Below, in pieces: positions 40,656 through 49,158 of a DNA stretch of 64,000 nt; positions within the stretch are counted from its first letter, which is position 1; every line of letters begins with the position of its first letter. Position numbers and translations under genes: made by a program. The stretch comes from an uncultured Clostridia bacterium. Its GTDB lineage: Bacteria > Bacillota > Clostridia > Christensenellales > Borkfalkiaceae. The notes under the pieces are model-generated. The model saw only the letters and a list, made by a program, of their open reading frames with translations, had not been told where the DNA came from and did not search any database. The stretch spans positions 378 to 64,377 of the forward strand of contig CANQUN010000003.1 in assembly GCA_947627065.1 (NCBI GenBank), given 5' to 3'.

Positions 40656-40728
40656 ATCCGACCTACTTTCCCAAAGACAAGCCTGCGGCGACGTGCTTAT
40701 GAAGGGCATGGAATTTCTCGCTATATGA
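40614..40728 (+). repeat. direct duplication of the last 42 nt of the arsR-family gene (period 73 nt)
   Basis: 40614-40655 versus 40687-40728: 35/35 identical nt, then gcaatctga versus gctatatga. Both copies encode GDVLMKGMEFLAI-stop. Confidence 0.85.
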
Positions 40729-40795
40729 AAACAAATTCTTGTTTTTTCCGTGCGGATGTGTTAAAATATATATAATAATTCCGTTTTGGAGAACG

Positions 40796-42625
40796 ATGAT
40801 GGGAAACATTGAGGATAAACTTAAGCTTTTGCCCGAGAACCCCGGCTGTTATCTCATGTACGACAAGGACGGCAACGTCATATACGTCGGCAAGGCCAAA
40901 GTCCTTAAAAACAGGGTGCGCCAGTATTTTTTCAACACCCAGAAAAACGAAAAGACCGCGCAACTCGTCTCCAACATAGCCGATTTCAAATACGTCATAA
41001 CCAACTCGGAGATAGACGCCCTTTCCCTTGAAAACAACCTGATAAAGAGGTACAAGCCCAAGTACAACATTCTCTTGAAGGACGACAAGCAGTACCCCTA
41101 CCTCAGGATAGACCTCAAAGAGGATTTCCCCACGTTTGCCATCGTCAGAAAAGTAAGGCGGGACGGGGCCAAATATTTCGGTCCCTTCATGGGCGGCGTA
41201 ACCGTAAACGAGGTGCTTGACATAATCTACACCTGTTACAACCTCCGCCGCTGTACGGAAAGGCTGTCGGCGGACAAGCCCAAGCGCGAATGCCTCAACT
41301 ACCACATGAAACTCTGCCTTGCTCCCTGCTCGGGCAAATGTTCGAGGGAGGAATACTTAAGCAGGGTCTATCAGGCCGTCGATTTCCTCAACGGAAACGA
41401 CGATTCGCCCGTCAAAGTTCTCACCGAACGCATGCAGAAATATTCCCAAAAGGAAGATTTCGAACTTGCCATGTCTTGCAGGGACAAACTGAACATGCTC
41501 GCGGGCATAAAGGAAAAGCGGATTACCTCCATGAACCGCTTTGTCAACGCGGACATAATCGCCATCACGGGCAACGGCATCTATCAGGTGATAACCGTTT
41601 TGGTAACGCGCGGCGGCAGAATGCAAGGCGTCAAGAACTTCAGCATGGACGAGGGCGTGGATACGGAAGGGGAGGCTTTGGAAGATTTCATCATGCAGTA
41701 CTACAAGGAAGAAAACGGCGTTCCCGACGAGATAATCACCAACGTCGAGATACCCGACGCGCCTTTGGTAGAACGCATATTCCGTGCAATGTCCTCAAAA
41801 CTCGTTACGGTCGTCTGCCCCAAACAGGGCGACAAGCGTAACCTTGCCCTCATGGCCGAAAAAAACGCCGTGGAATATCTCGAAAAATCCGTCAGCAGAA
41901 TACGCCACAAGGACGACATGACCGTCGTCGCATGCGAGCGGCTCCGGGAGATTCTCAAACTTTCCTCATACCCGAAACGCATGGAATGTTACGACATTTC
42001 CAACATAAGCGGCACGGACAAGGTCGGCTCCATGGTCGTGTTTACAGACGGCGAACCCGACAGGGACAGTTACCGCAGATTCAGGATAAAAACGGTAGAG
42101 GGCAGCAACGATTTTGCATCTTTGCAAGAAGTGCTGCGCCGCCGCCTCGCCAAGATAAACACCCCCGACGAGGTGTCCTTCCCCAAGCCCGACCTCGTGA
42201 TAATCGACGGCGGCAAGGGGCAACTGTCCGCCGTAAAGGCCGTCTTTGACGACATGAACGTTCAGGGCATTGACCTCATATCCCTCGCCAAGCGTGAGGA
42301 GGAAATCTACACGCTCTTTGACGATTATCCCGTCATTCTCGACAAGCGGGATTACGTCCTTCGGCTGCTGCAGCGCATAAGGGACGAAGCCCACCGCTTT
42401 GCCATAACCTACCACCGCACGATAAGGAGCAAACGTATGCTCACGTCCGCACTCGAAAGCGTGCACGGCATCGGCGCCAAACGCCGCAAACTTCTCATCA
42501 AACGTTTCGGCACGGTCGAGGAGATTAAAAAAGCCACCATAGAAGAACTCATGGAAGTCGACAGCATAGGCAGAAAGCAGGCGGAAATGATAAAGAACTA
42601 CTTTGAAGAGGACAAAAATTCATGA
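40796..42625 (+). CDS. uvrC: excinuclease ABC subunit C
   Basis: LLPENPGCYLMYDKDGNVIYVGKAKVLKNRVRQYF (GIY-YIG), UVR domain, C-terminal (HhH)2. Start is ATG 40796 or 40799. Confidence 0.95.
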   Translation: MMGNIEDKLKLLPENPGCYLMYDKDGNVIYVGKAKVLKNRVRQYFFNTQKNEKTAQLVSNIADFKYVITNSEIDALSLENNLIKRYKPKYNILLKDDKQYPYLRIDLKEDFPTFAIVRKVRRDGAKYFGPFMGGVTVNEVLDIIYTCYNLRRCTERLSADKPKRECLNYHMKLCLAPCSGKCSREEYLSRVYQAVDFLNGNDDSPVKVLTERMQKYSQKEDFELAMSCRDKLNMLAGIKEKRITSMNRFVNADIIAITGNGIYQVITVLVTRGGRMQGVKNFSMDEGVDTEGEALEDFIMQYYKEENGVPDEIITNVEIPDAPLVERIFRAMSSKLVTVVCPKQGDKRNLALMAEKNAVEYLEKSVSRIRHKDDMTVVACERLREILKLSSYPKRMECYDISNISGTDKVGSMVVFTDGEPDRDSYRRFRIKTVEGSNDFASLQEVLRRRLAKINTPDEVSFPKPDLVIIDGGKGQLSAVKAVFDDMNVQGIDLISLAKREEEIYTLFDDYPVILDKRDYVLRLLQRIRDEAHRFAITYHRTIRSKRMLTSALESVHGIGAKRRKLLIKRFGTVEEIKKATIEELMEVDSIGRKQAEMIKNYFEEDKNS

Positions 42626-43449
42626 AATACAGGATGGTCGTTTCCGATTTTGACGACACCCTTCTGTCATCCGCCCACACCGTTTCCACCGCCAACCTCA
42701 AGGCGATAAAGGAGTACGAACGTGCGGGCGGTAAATTCGTCATAGCCACGGGCAGAATGCTCAACACCATTCTCGCCACCGTCGCCCCGTTCGGCCTCAC
42801 GGGCGAAATAATCGCCTTTCAGGGCGGTGTCGTCGCCGACGTTACGAGCGGAGAGGTCCTCATGAAAAAGTATCTCGACAGCGCCGCCGCTTACGAGATT
42901 TTAGATGATATAAGAAAATTCGGTTACTACGTTCAGGCGTACGCCAACGGAAGGTACTACATCAACAGAATGACCGAAAGGACAAAATATTACACCGCGG
43001 TCAACAACCTCCAACCCATAGTCGTCGGCGAGGACGTAGCGGGTTATTTTCGTGAAAAAGGCCTCAAATTCGATAAAATAGTGTTCGGCCTCAACGACAG
43101 AGCCGAGGACGACGATTATTCCGAGGTCGAAAAAACGATAAATTTCTTCAATAATAAATACGCGGGCAGGGTAATCTTCAACACCTCCAACATCCTGCTC
43201 ATAGAAGCCGTCTCCGCGGGCTGCACCAAGGGCGAAGCCGTCAAATTCGTCGCTGATCGCAACGGCATTTCACGCGAGCAGGTCATCTGCGTGGGAGACG
43301 CGCTCAACGACCTTTCCATGATAGAATGGGCGGGTCTCGGCGTCGCCGTTTCCAACGCGCCGCAAGGCGTAAAAGACCGTGCGGACGCCGTAACCGTCTC
43401 CTGTAATGAGGACGCCATCGCGCGAGTCATCCACGACTACTGCCTGTAA
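42622..43449 (+). CDS. Cof-type HAD-IIB phosphatase
   Basis: VVSDFDDTLL (DxD), ATGR, GDALNDLSM. ATGA overlap with uvrC. Confidence 0.85.
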   Translation: MKYRMVVSDFDDTLLSSAHTVSTANLKAIKEYERAGGKFVIATGRMLNTILATVAPFGLTGEIIAFQGGVVADVTSGEVLMKKYLDSAAAYEILDDIRKFGYYVQAYANGRYYINRMTERTKYYTAVNNLQPIVVGEDVAGYFREKGLKFDKIVFGLNDRAEDDDYSEVEKTINFFNNKYAGRVIFNTSNILLIEAVSAGCTKGEAVKFVADRNGISREQVICVGDALNDLSMIEWAGLGVAVSNAPQGVKDRADAVTVSCNEDAIARVIHDYCL

Positions 43450-43561
43450 CGTCCCGCACCCACGCGGGCTAAACTCCGCCACCACCCAAAAACCCCCTAA
43501 ATCGCACGGGAATCGACCAAAATCCGCTTACCACCCTGTACTATAAACAGACTAAATTCAT

Positions 43562-43626
43562 ACTATCGTTAAAGCGCAAACAACACTATCGTTAGTTGCA
43601 GACCGCATATAAATCACACTATCGTT
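43562..43626 (+). promoter_or_regulatory. three direct ACTATCGTT repeats upstream of hprK (candidate operator)
   Basis: ACTATCGTT at 43562-43570, 43585-43593 and 43618-43626 (spacings 23 and 33 nt). The last copy ends 12 nt before the hprK ATG. Confidence 0.4.
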
Positions 43627-43638
43627 TGGGATAAAATT

Positions 43639-44559
43639 ATGGACGACATGAAAGAATACACGGCCACCGTTTCGGTAAATGAATTTGCCGAGGCCCTCAA
43701 CCTCAGGGTGATAAACCCCGGCAGGGGCACCATTCCGCTCGCTTCGCAAAACATCTCCCGCCCGGGCCTTCAGTTAACGGGATATTTCGAGCATTTCGAC
43801 CACACGAGGATTCAGGTCATCGGCATGGCCGAGCACGAATACGTCGCCACCCTCGACAAGGCAAAGCGGGCTCAGGTCGTCAACGAACTGTTCAGCCGTG
43901 AAATTCCCTGCCTCATCGTCGCCCGCAACCTCGACGTTACCGACGACATAACCGAATGCGCCTCCCGCTACGGCTGCCCGCTGTTCGTCTCGGGTCAGGT
44001 AACAACGCAGGTCGTCAACGACCTTTTCCATTATCTCAGCCGCACGCTCGCCCGCGAGACCATGCGCCACGGCGTCCTGCTCGACGTTTCGGGCGTGGGC
44101 ATTCTTCTTGAAGGCGAAGCGGGAATCGGCAAGAGCGAACTTGCCCTCGAACTCATCGGCAGGGGGCACCGCCTCGTCGCCGACGACTGCGTGATCATCC
44201 GCCTCATCAACGACAACATCGTCGGCACCGCCCCCGACAAGATACGGGGTTACATGGAAATACGCGGCCTCGGCATCATTAACATCCAGACCATGTACGG
44301 CCCGGGTTCCATGAGAACGGAAAAGACAATCGACATCGTCGTCCACCTCGAAAAGTGGGATGAAAACAAGGAGTACGACAGGATAGGGGACATTAACCTC
44401 ACCGAAGAGATCCTCGGTGTGGAAAAATTCAAACTCTTAATCCCTGTGTCGCCCGGCCGCAACATTCCCATCATCATCGAAACGGCCGCCCGCAAGTACC
44501 GCCTCAAGCAGTACGGATACGACGCCGCGCAGGAACTTCTCGACAAAACCCTCAGGTAA
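43639..44559 (+). CDS. hprK: HPr kinase/phosphorylase
   Basis: RPGLQLTGY..., GVLLDVSGVGILLEGEAGIGKSELALELIGRGHRLVADD, MEIRGLGIINI. Confidence 0.93.
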   Translation: MDDMKEYTATVSVNEFAEALNLRVINPGRGTIPLASQNISRPGLQLTGYFEHFDHTRIQVIGMAEHEYVATLDKAKRAQVVNELFSREIPCLIVARNLDVTDDITECASRYGCPLFVSGQVTTQVVNDLFHYLSRTLARETMRHGVLLDVSGVGILLEGEAGIGKSELALELIGRGHRLVADDCVIIRLINDNIVGTAPDKIRGYMEIRGLGIINIQTMYGPGSMRTEKTIDIVVHLEKWDENKEYDRIGDINLTEEILGVEKFKLLIPVSPGRNIPIIIETAARKYRLKQYGYDAAQELLDKTLR

Positions 44560-44783
44560 CCCAACTCCCCAAACATTCCACCACTCCCTTTGGCGTAGCG
44601 TCTCCTCATCACCATACCCGCCCGAACACCCCATCGCCAACCCATTGAGGAACACTCCCATCGTTAAACCTCGGTCGTAACTCCTCATCATCACCCTTTC
44701 TGGTGCAACATCTTATCGCCAACCTCTTGTGGAACGACCTATCTCCAAACACCCCAGAATAATTCACATCATCATAAAAACCA

Positions 44784-44818
44784 AAAAAGCCGCGAGGTCT
44801 TTACCCCGCGGCTTTGTT
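44784..44818 (+). terminator. hairpin terminator 225 nt downstream of hprK
   Basis: AAAAAAGCCGCG-aggtctttaccc-CGCGGCTTTGTT. Confidence 0.55.
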
Positions 44819-44954
44819 ATGTCCGCCCGACTTTTGTGTTCGCCGCCTCTTCTGCCGCCGGGTTTCTCGACAAAAGCCTCGGACGATCCGCGAGCAATTT
44901 TACAAAATTCGACGAATAAAGTGGCAATATTTACAGAAAGTGCAGGCTGAACGC

Positions 44955-44990
44955 TTGCCTTTTTTACAATTATGAGGTATAATTGTCGTA
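44955..44990 (+). promoter_or_regulatory. spo0A promoter TTGCCT-17-TATAAT with an adjacent 0A-box-like TGTCGTA
   Basis: TTGCCT 44955-44960, TATAAT 44978-44983, TGTCGTA 44984-44990 (6/7 to TGTCGAA). A second near-box, TTCGACG, is at 44908-44914. Confidence 0.4.
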
Positions 44991-45027
44991 TAGAAGTTAA
45001 AATTGTAAAATCTATGGACGGTATATC

Positions 45028-45777
45028 ATGAAATATTCTGTGGCATTACTGATGGACGGCGGCGGAGAGTTGCGGAGCGAACTTGAAAAGGATGGAGACT
45101 TTGCGGTTGTGGCCGAAACCTCGGACGGGGACAGGGGGCTTGCCGAAGTGCTCGCCTCAAAGCCCGACGTCGTGATTCTCGACCTCGTGCTCAAAGGCAT
45201 GGACGGGCTTACCCTGCTCACCCGACTCAAAGAGAACGGTTACGAAGGCAAGCGGGCGGTCTACTCGGCGTGCGCGGGGGACGAAACCATCCGTTCGGCC
45301 ACCCGCCTCGGTGCAGATTTGTACCTCGTGCGTCCGCTGCGTGCGGAGATTGTCGTGGAACGCATAAAGGCCCTTACCGAAAAGAACCTTCCCGAAACCA
45401 AAGCGCGTGAGGACGGCGCGGCGGATCTCAGAATAAGCAACGTCTTCCTTTCCGCGGGCATTCCTCCGCACATCAAGGGTTACGGATTTCTGCGTTCGGG
45501 CGTAAAACTCGCCATGAAGGACCCCGCCATCCTCGGCAACATAACCAAGCAGCTTTACCCGACCATCGCCCGCGAGTACGGAACCAGTCCCAGCAAGGTA
45601 GAACGCGCCATCCGCCACGCCATAGAGGTGGCGTGGAACAGAGGAAGGATCGACAACCTCAACTCCATATTCGGCGTAAACTTCTACAAGGCGGGGGACA
45701 AGCCCACCAACGGCGAATTCATCGCCCTCGTCGCCGACCGCCTTATTCAGGAACAGCGCATGGGCAAACTCGGGTAA
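45028..45777 (+). CDS. spo0A: sporulation master regulator Spo0A
   Basis: C-terminal GIPPHIKGYGFLR...ITKQLYPTIAREYGTSPSKVERAIRHAIEVAWNRG...KPTNGEFIALVADRL is the diagnostic Spo0A effector domain. The receiver domain is present with the acceptor Asp (VVILDLVL). Confidence 0.93.
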   Translation: MKYSVALLMDGGGELRSELEKDGDFAVVAETSDGDRGLAEVLASKPDVVILDLVLKGMDGLTLLTRLKENGYEGKRAVYSACAGDETIRSATRLGADLYLVRPLRAEIVVERIKALTEKNLPETKAREDGAADLRISNVFLSAGIPPHIKGYGFLRSGVKLAMKDPAILGNITKQLYPTIAREYGTSPSKVERAIRHAIEVAWNRGRIDNLNSIFGVNFYKAGDKPTNGEFIALVADRLIQEQRMGKLG

Positions 45778-46001
45778 ATCCTGACCACAGCGTAAGAATA
45801 CGGTATGGGCAAACTCGGGTAATCTAATACAGAAATAATGTCGTCAACTCGGATAAGTGCCCTAAATCTCACAAAAACGCCCATTTTAGCCTTCGCGCAC
45901 CCATGCAAAACACCCTTTCGATTTACCTCTCCGCCACTCGTCCGCGCTGACCGTTTTGACCCAAATATTCATCTTTAACCGCTAAACTCCATGACACAAA
46001 T

Positions 46002-46033
46002 AAAACCCTGTGAAAATACTCACAGGGTTTTTT
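46002..46033. terminator. bidirectional hairpin terminator in the spo0A downstream spacer
   Basis: AAAA CCCTGTG-aaaatact-CACAGGG TTTTTT. Confidence 0.65.
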
Positions 46034-46363
46034 GTTGGTTTTTGCTCTTTTCGCCCGCACAAGGGCAAAAGGCAACGCCTTTTTATCTCCCACAGAGGTA
46101 AAGGGACGATGTCTTTCCTCATCTCAAAACGAGGAGAGAATTTTCGGCATTTTCTCAAAAGTGGCCTGAATCGAACATTATTGGCACATTTTAGCAGACG
46201 TGTATCCTCGTCAGATGTATACATGCGTATATGATGATATGTATATGTGTGCCGCAACGCACCTTTCCAATCCGCCCCGCAATTACGCCGCGCCGGCGGT
46301 TGGGGCAGAGCAAACCGCGCCGGACATCTTTCATAATGTTCCGTCCGTTACATATATTATACC

Positions 46364-47323
46364 ATGAAAGTATTTGCCAAATGGGCGGTCGCCCTGCTGT
46401 TTGCGGCCTTCCTCGCGGCCGCTCCCTTCGCTCTCGAAGCGGCGTTTTTACCCAAGGCGTATGAGGCCGAGGCCGTCGGCGTGCTCGTGGTGTGGCACAT
46501 CGACTCCTTCGAGGGCGGAAAAGGTTCGCGGCGGGCGTTTCTCGAAAAGACGGCGGCGTCCTTTGAGGCGGCGCACGAGGGACTTTACGTTTCGATAATA
46601 AACCACACCAACGCCAGCGCGGAGACAAGTGTGCAAGCGGGAAATGTGCCCGACGTCATCTCCTTCGGAACGGGTCTTTCGGTTGCCGCCGATATTGCAA
46701 AACCCCTTAAAACGCACAAAAACGGCTGTTTTTTCAATTCGGGCGCCCTCGGCGGAACCGCCTGTTTCTACCCTTACGCGTACGGAATGTACCTTAAATT
46801 CACGAGGAGTGGAGAAGGCTCGGTCGTCTCCCGCGGGGCGGACAATTTCTCACGGTTTGCCCTGCTGCTCGCGGGCGTTGCTGCAGACGAGGAGCTGCCA
46901 CCTTCCGAAGCCTGCGCCCGTTTCGCATCGGGCAAGGCGGGTGTGCTTTACGGCACGCAGAGGGACGTTTACAGGCTGAGCGGCAAGAACGTGGAATACT
47001 CGGTCGAACCGCTCGGCACCTTCACCGACCTCGTGCAGTACGTAGCGGCGACATCGCTATCCGACGCGCGCCTTGCGGCCGCCAAGGAATTTTGCGAATA
47101 CCTCATCTCCGACGAGGTGCAGCGCCGCCTTGCGGAAATCGGGCTGTTTTCTCCGACGGGCGCCGCCGTTTCGTACGGCGTTCCCGAGATGGACGCGCTG
47201 AAAGCCAAGCGCCCGACCGAGTGTTTCAGCCCCTTCGTGGACGCGGCCGCCCGCCTCAGCCTCATGCAGGCCGACGGTCAAGAAAAATTTTTGGAGAAAT
47301 TTCGGGATTACCTCGAGCAATAG
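46364..47323 (+). CDS. secreted solute-binding-protein-like protein (orphan; no permease nearby)
   Basis: Signal peptide MKVFAKWAVALLFAAFLAAAPFA. VVWHIDSFEGGKG...FEAAHEGLYVSI...AGNVPDVISFG resembles SBP family 1 N-lobes. No SD; an AT-rich -10-like TATATT lies 5 nt upstream. Confidence 0.55.
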   Translation: MKVFAKWAVALLFAAFLAAAPFALEAAFLPKAYEAEAVGVLVVWHIDSFEGGKGSRRAFLEKTAASFEAAHEGLYVSIINHTNASAETSVQAGNVPDVISFGTGLSVAADIAKPLKTHKNGCFFNSGALGGTACFYPYAYGMYLKFTRSGEGSVVSRGADNFSRFALLLAGVAADEELPPSEACARFASGKAGVLYGTQRDVYRLSGKNVEYSVEPLGTFTDLVQYVAATSLSDARLAAAKEFCEYLISDEVQRRLAEIGLFSPTGAAVSYGVPEMDALKAKRPTECFSPFVDAAARLSLMQADGQEKFLEKFRDYLEQ

Positions 47324-47356
47324 TTTGTAAATAAAAGAGGAATAGTGTAAAATATA

Positions 47357-48283
47357 ATGGAACAGATATACGATCCCGAACGACTCGCCACGGCCCTCGT
47401 CGCCACCGCCATCCCGCACGTTCGCGGGGAGAGGCTTGCCGCGCACACGACCATCGGCATAGGCGGAACCGCCGACTTCTACCTGACCCCGCGCACGGAG
47501 GCCGAATTCAACGAGGCCGTCGCCCTGTGCCGTAGCGTCCGCGCAAAATTCACCGTTCTCGGCGGGGGAAGCAACGTTCTCGTGTCGGACGCGGGCTTTC
47601 GCGGCGCGGTGATTTCCACCGAAAAACTCTGTAACATATCCGTGGAAAAGAGGGCGGGAGACCTCGCGTTCATCCGTGCGGAAGCGGGCGTTCCGCTCGC
47701 TAAACTCACTCACTTCGCATGTGAAAACGGCCTTGGAGGCACGGAGTTCCTTGCGGGAATCCCGGGCAGCGTGGGCGGCGCGTTGGCCATGAACGCGGGC
47801 TGTTTCGGCCGATCCGTGTCGGACATCACCGTCTCCGTCCAAGCGGCAGACGGCAGAAAAACGGTGATTTTAAGCCGCGAGATGTGCGGCTTTGCCTACC
47901 GTAACAGCGTCTTTCCGGGTGGCGGCATTTTTGCAATAAGTGCCCTTTTTCTCACAAAAACGGCCAAAAAGGACAAGATAGAAGAGACGACAAAAGCGTT
48001 TTTGTCCATGCGCCGCGGCCAGCCCCGCGCAAGGAGCATGGGCAGCGTTTTCAAAAACACGGCCGCCTATCCCGCTGGCCGACTGATAGAGGAAAGCGGC
48101 CTTAAAGGCACCCGCGCGGGCGGCGCCTGCATCTCGCAAGAACACGCCAACTTCATCGTAAACGTCGGTTCGGCCTCGGCCGAGGACGTGCGCACGCTCA
48201 TAGCCATCGCCAAAGCCGCGGTGAGGGAGAGGACGGGCATAACCCTTGAAGAAGAGATAAGATACATAGGAGAATTCACTTGA
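47357..48283 (+). CDS. murB: UDP-N-acetylenolpyruvoylglucosamine reductase
   Basis: HTTIGIGGTADFY, GGGSNVLV, GSVGGALAMNAGCFG, SVFKN. Confidence 0.92.
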   Translation: MEQIYDPERLATALVATAIPHVRGERLAAHTTIGIGGTADFYLTPRTEAEFNEAVALCRSVRAKFTVLGGGSNVLVSDAGFRGAVISTEKLCNISVEKRAGDLAFIRAEAGVPLAKLTHFACENGLGGTEFLAGIPGSVGGALAMNAGCFGRSVSDITVSVQAADGRKTVILSREMCGFAYRNSVFPGGGIFAISALFLTKTAKKDKIEETTKAFLSMRRGQPRARSMGSVFKNTAAYPAGRLIEESGLKGTRAGGACISQEHANFIVNVGSASAEDVRTLIAIAKAAVRERTGITLEEEIRYIGEFT

Positions 48284-49053
48284 AACTTTACGCCGATTAC
48301 CACACCCACACCGTGTTCAGCCACGGTTCGGGCACGGTGATGGAAAATGCCCGTGCCGCCGCTGCGGCGGGGCTTAAAGAGATGGCCGTGTCCGACCACG
48401 GGTTCGCCCACCCATTCTTCGGGCTGAAGAGAGAAGCGCTGCCCGCCCTCCGCCGTTCTGTGGAAGAAGCGTCGCGCTCAACGGGCGTCCGCGTGCTCAT
48501 GGGCATCGAGAGCAATTTTGTGGACGGAAGGGGCACGTGCGATCTCAAAGAAGAGGATTACGACAAGTTCGACGTGTTCCTTGCAGGCGTCCACGTAATG
48601 GTGAATTATCGCGATTTAGGGGCTTTTTGGAACATGGGCGTCCTTTCTCCCGCCGTAAATTCCTTTGGCGGAACCCTCGACGGAAAGGTGAAAAGTTACA
48701 TCACGGACGTTTACGTCAACGCCGTAAGGCGGCAGCCCATAGACGTGATAACCCACCTTGATTACAGGGTCTTTGCCGACGTTAAAGAAGTGGCGGCTTG
48801 CTGCAAGGAATACGGCACCTACATCGAGATAAACACCAAAAAGACGCACATGACCGACGAGCAGTGGCATGCCGTAATGGAAACGGGCGTCAACTTTGTA
48901 ATCGGTTCGGACGCACACTCGCCCGACCGCGTGGCCGACGCCGACCCCGCCTTTGCACTTATGCAGCGGGTGGGCATTCCCGCCGAACGCGTCCACAATC
49001 TGGACAGGCTCCCCTCGTTCAGATTCGCGGCGTACAAGAGGGGACAAAGATGA
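48280..49053 (+). CDS. PHP-domain phosphoesterase (histidinol-phosphatase family)
   Basis: TTG start 8 nt after AGGAGA. MKLYADYHTHTVFSHGSG...VSDHG...GSDAHSP. Confidence 0.8.
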   Translation: MKLYADYHTHTVFSHGSGTVMENARAAAAAGLKEMAVSDHGFAHPFFGLKREALPALRRSVEEASRSTGVRVLMGIESNFVDGRGTCDLKEEDYDKFDVFLAGVHVMVNYRDLGAFWNMGVLSPAVNSFGGTLDGKVKSYITDVYVNAVRRQPIDVITHLDYRVFADVKEVAACCKEYGTYIEINTKKTHMTDEQWHAVMETGVNFVIGSDAHSPDRVADADPAFALMQRVGIPAERVHNLDRLPSFRFAAYKRGQR

Positions 49054-49158
49054 ATTTCACGCGTAGAGTAAAAGATTCGGCAAAAGGAATCTGCCGCCAA
49101 CCCGCATTCGCGGCGTACAAGAGAGGACAAAGATGAATTTCACGCGTAGAGTAAAAGA
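49023..49158 (+). repeat. 53-nt direct duplication of the PHP-stop / whiA-start junction (period 83 nt, 1 mismatch)
   Basis: 49023-49075 and 49106-49158: ATTCGCGGCGTACAAGAG(g/a)GGACAAAGATGAATTTCACGCGTAGAGTAAAAGA. 30-nt spacer ttcggcaaaaggaatctgccgccaacccgc. Confidence 0.9.

Noticed and set aside
40614-49158. Ectopic Cas1-Cas2-style spacer integration as the origin of the gene-end duplications (a duplicated target flanking a ~30-nt insert)
   Set aside because: The geometry is appealing, but the duplicated segments are 11, 18, 42 and 53 nt long. Integrase ruler mechanisms give a fixed repeat length. No cas genes or leader-like sequences are visible. It is kept only as a remote idea; slippage or template switching is simpler.
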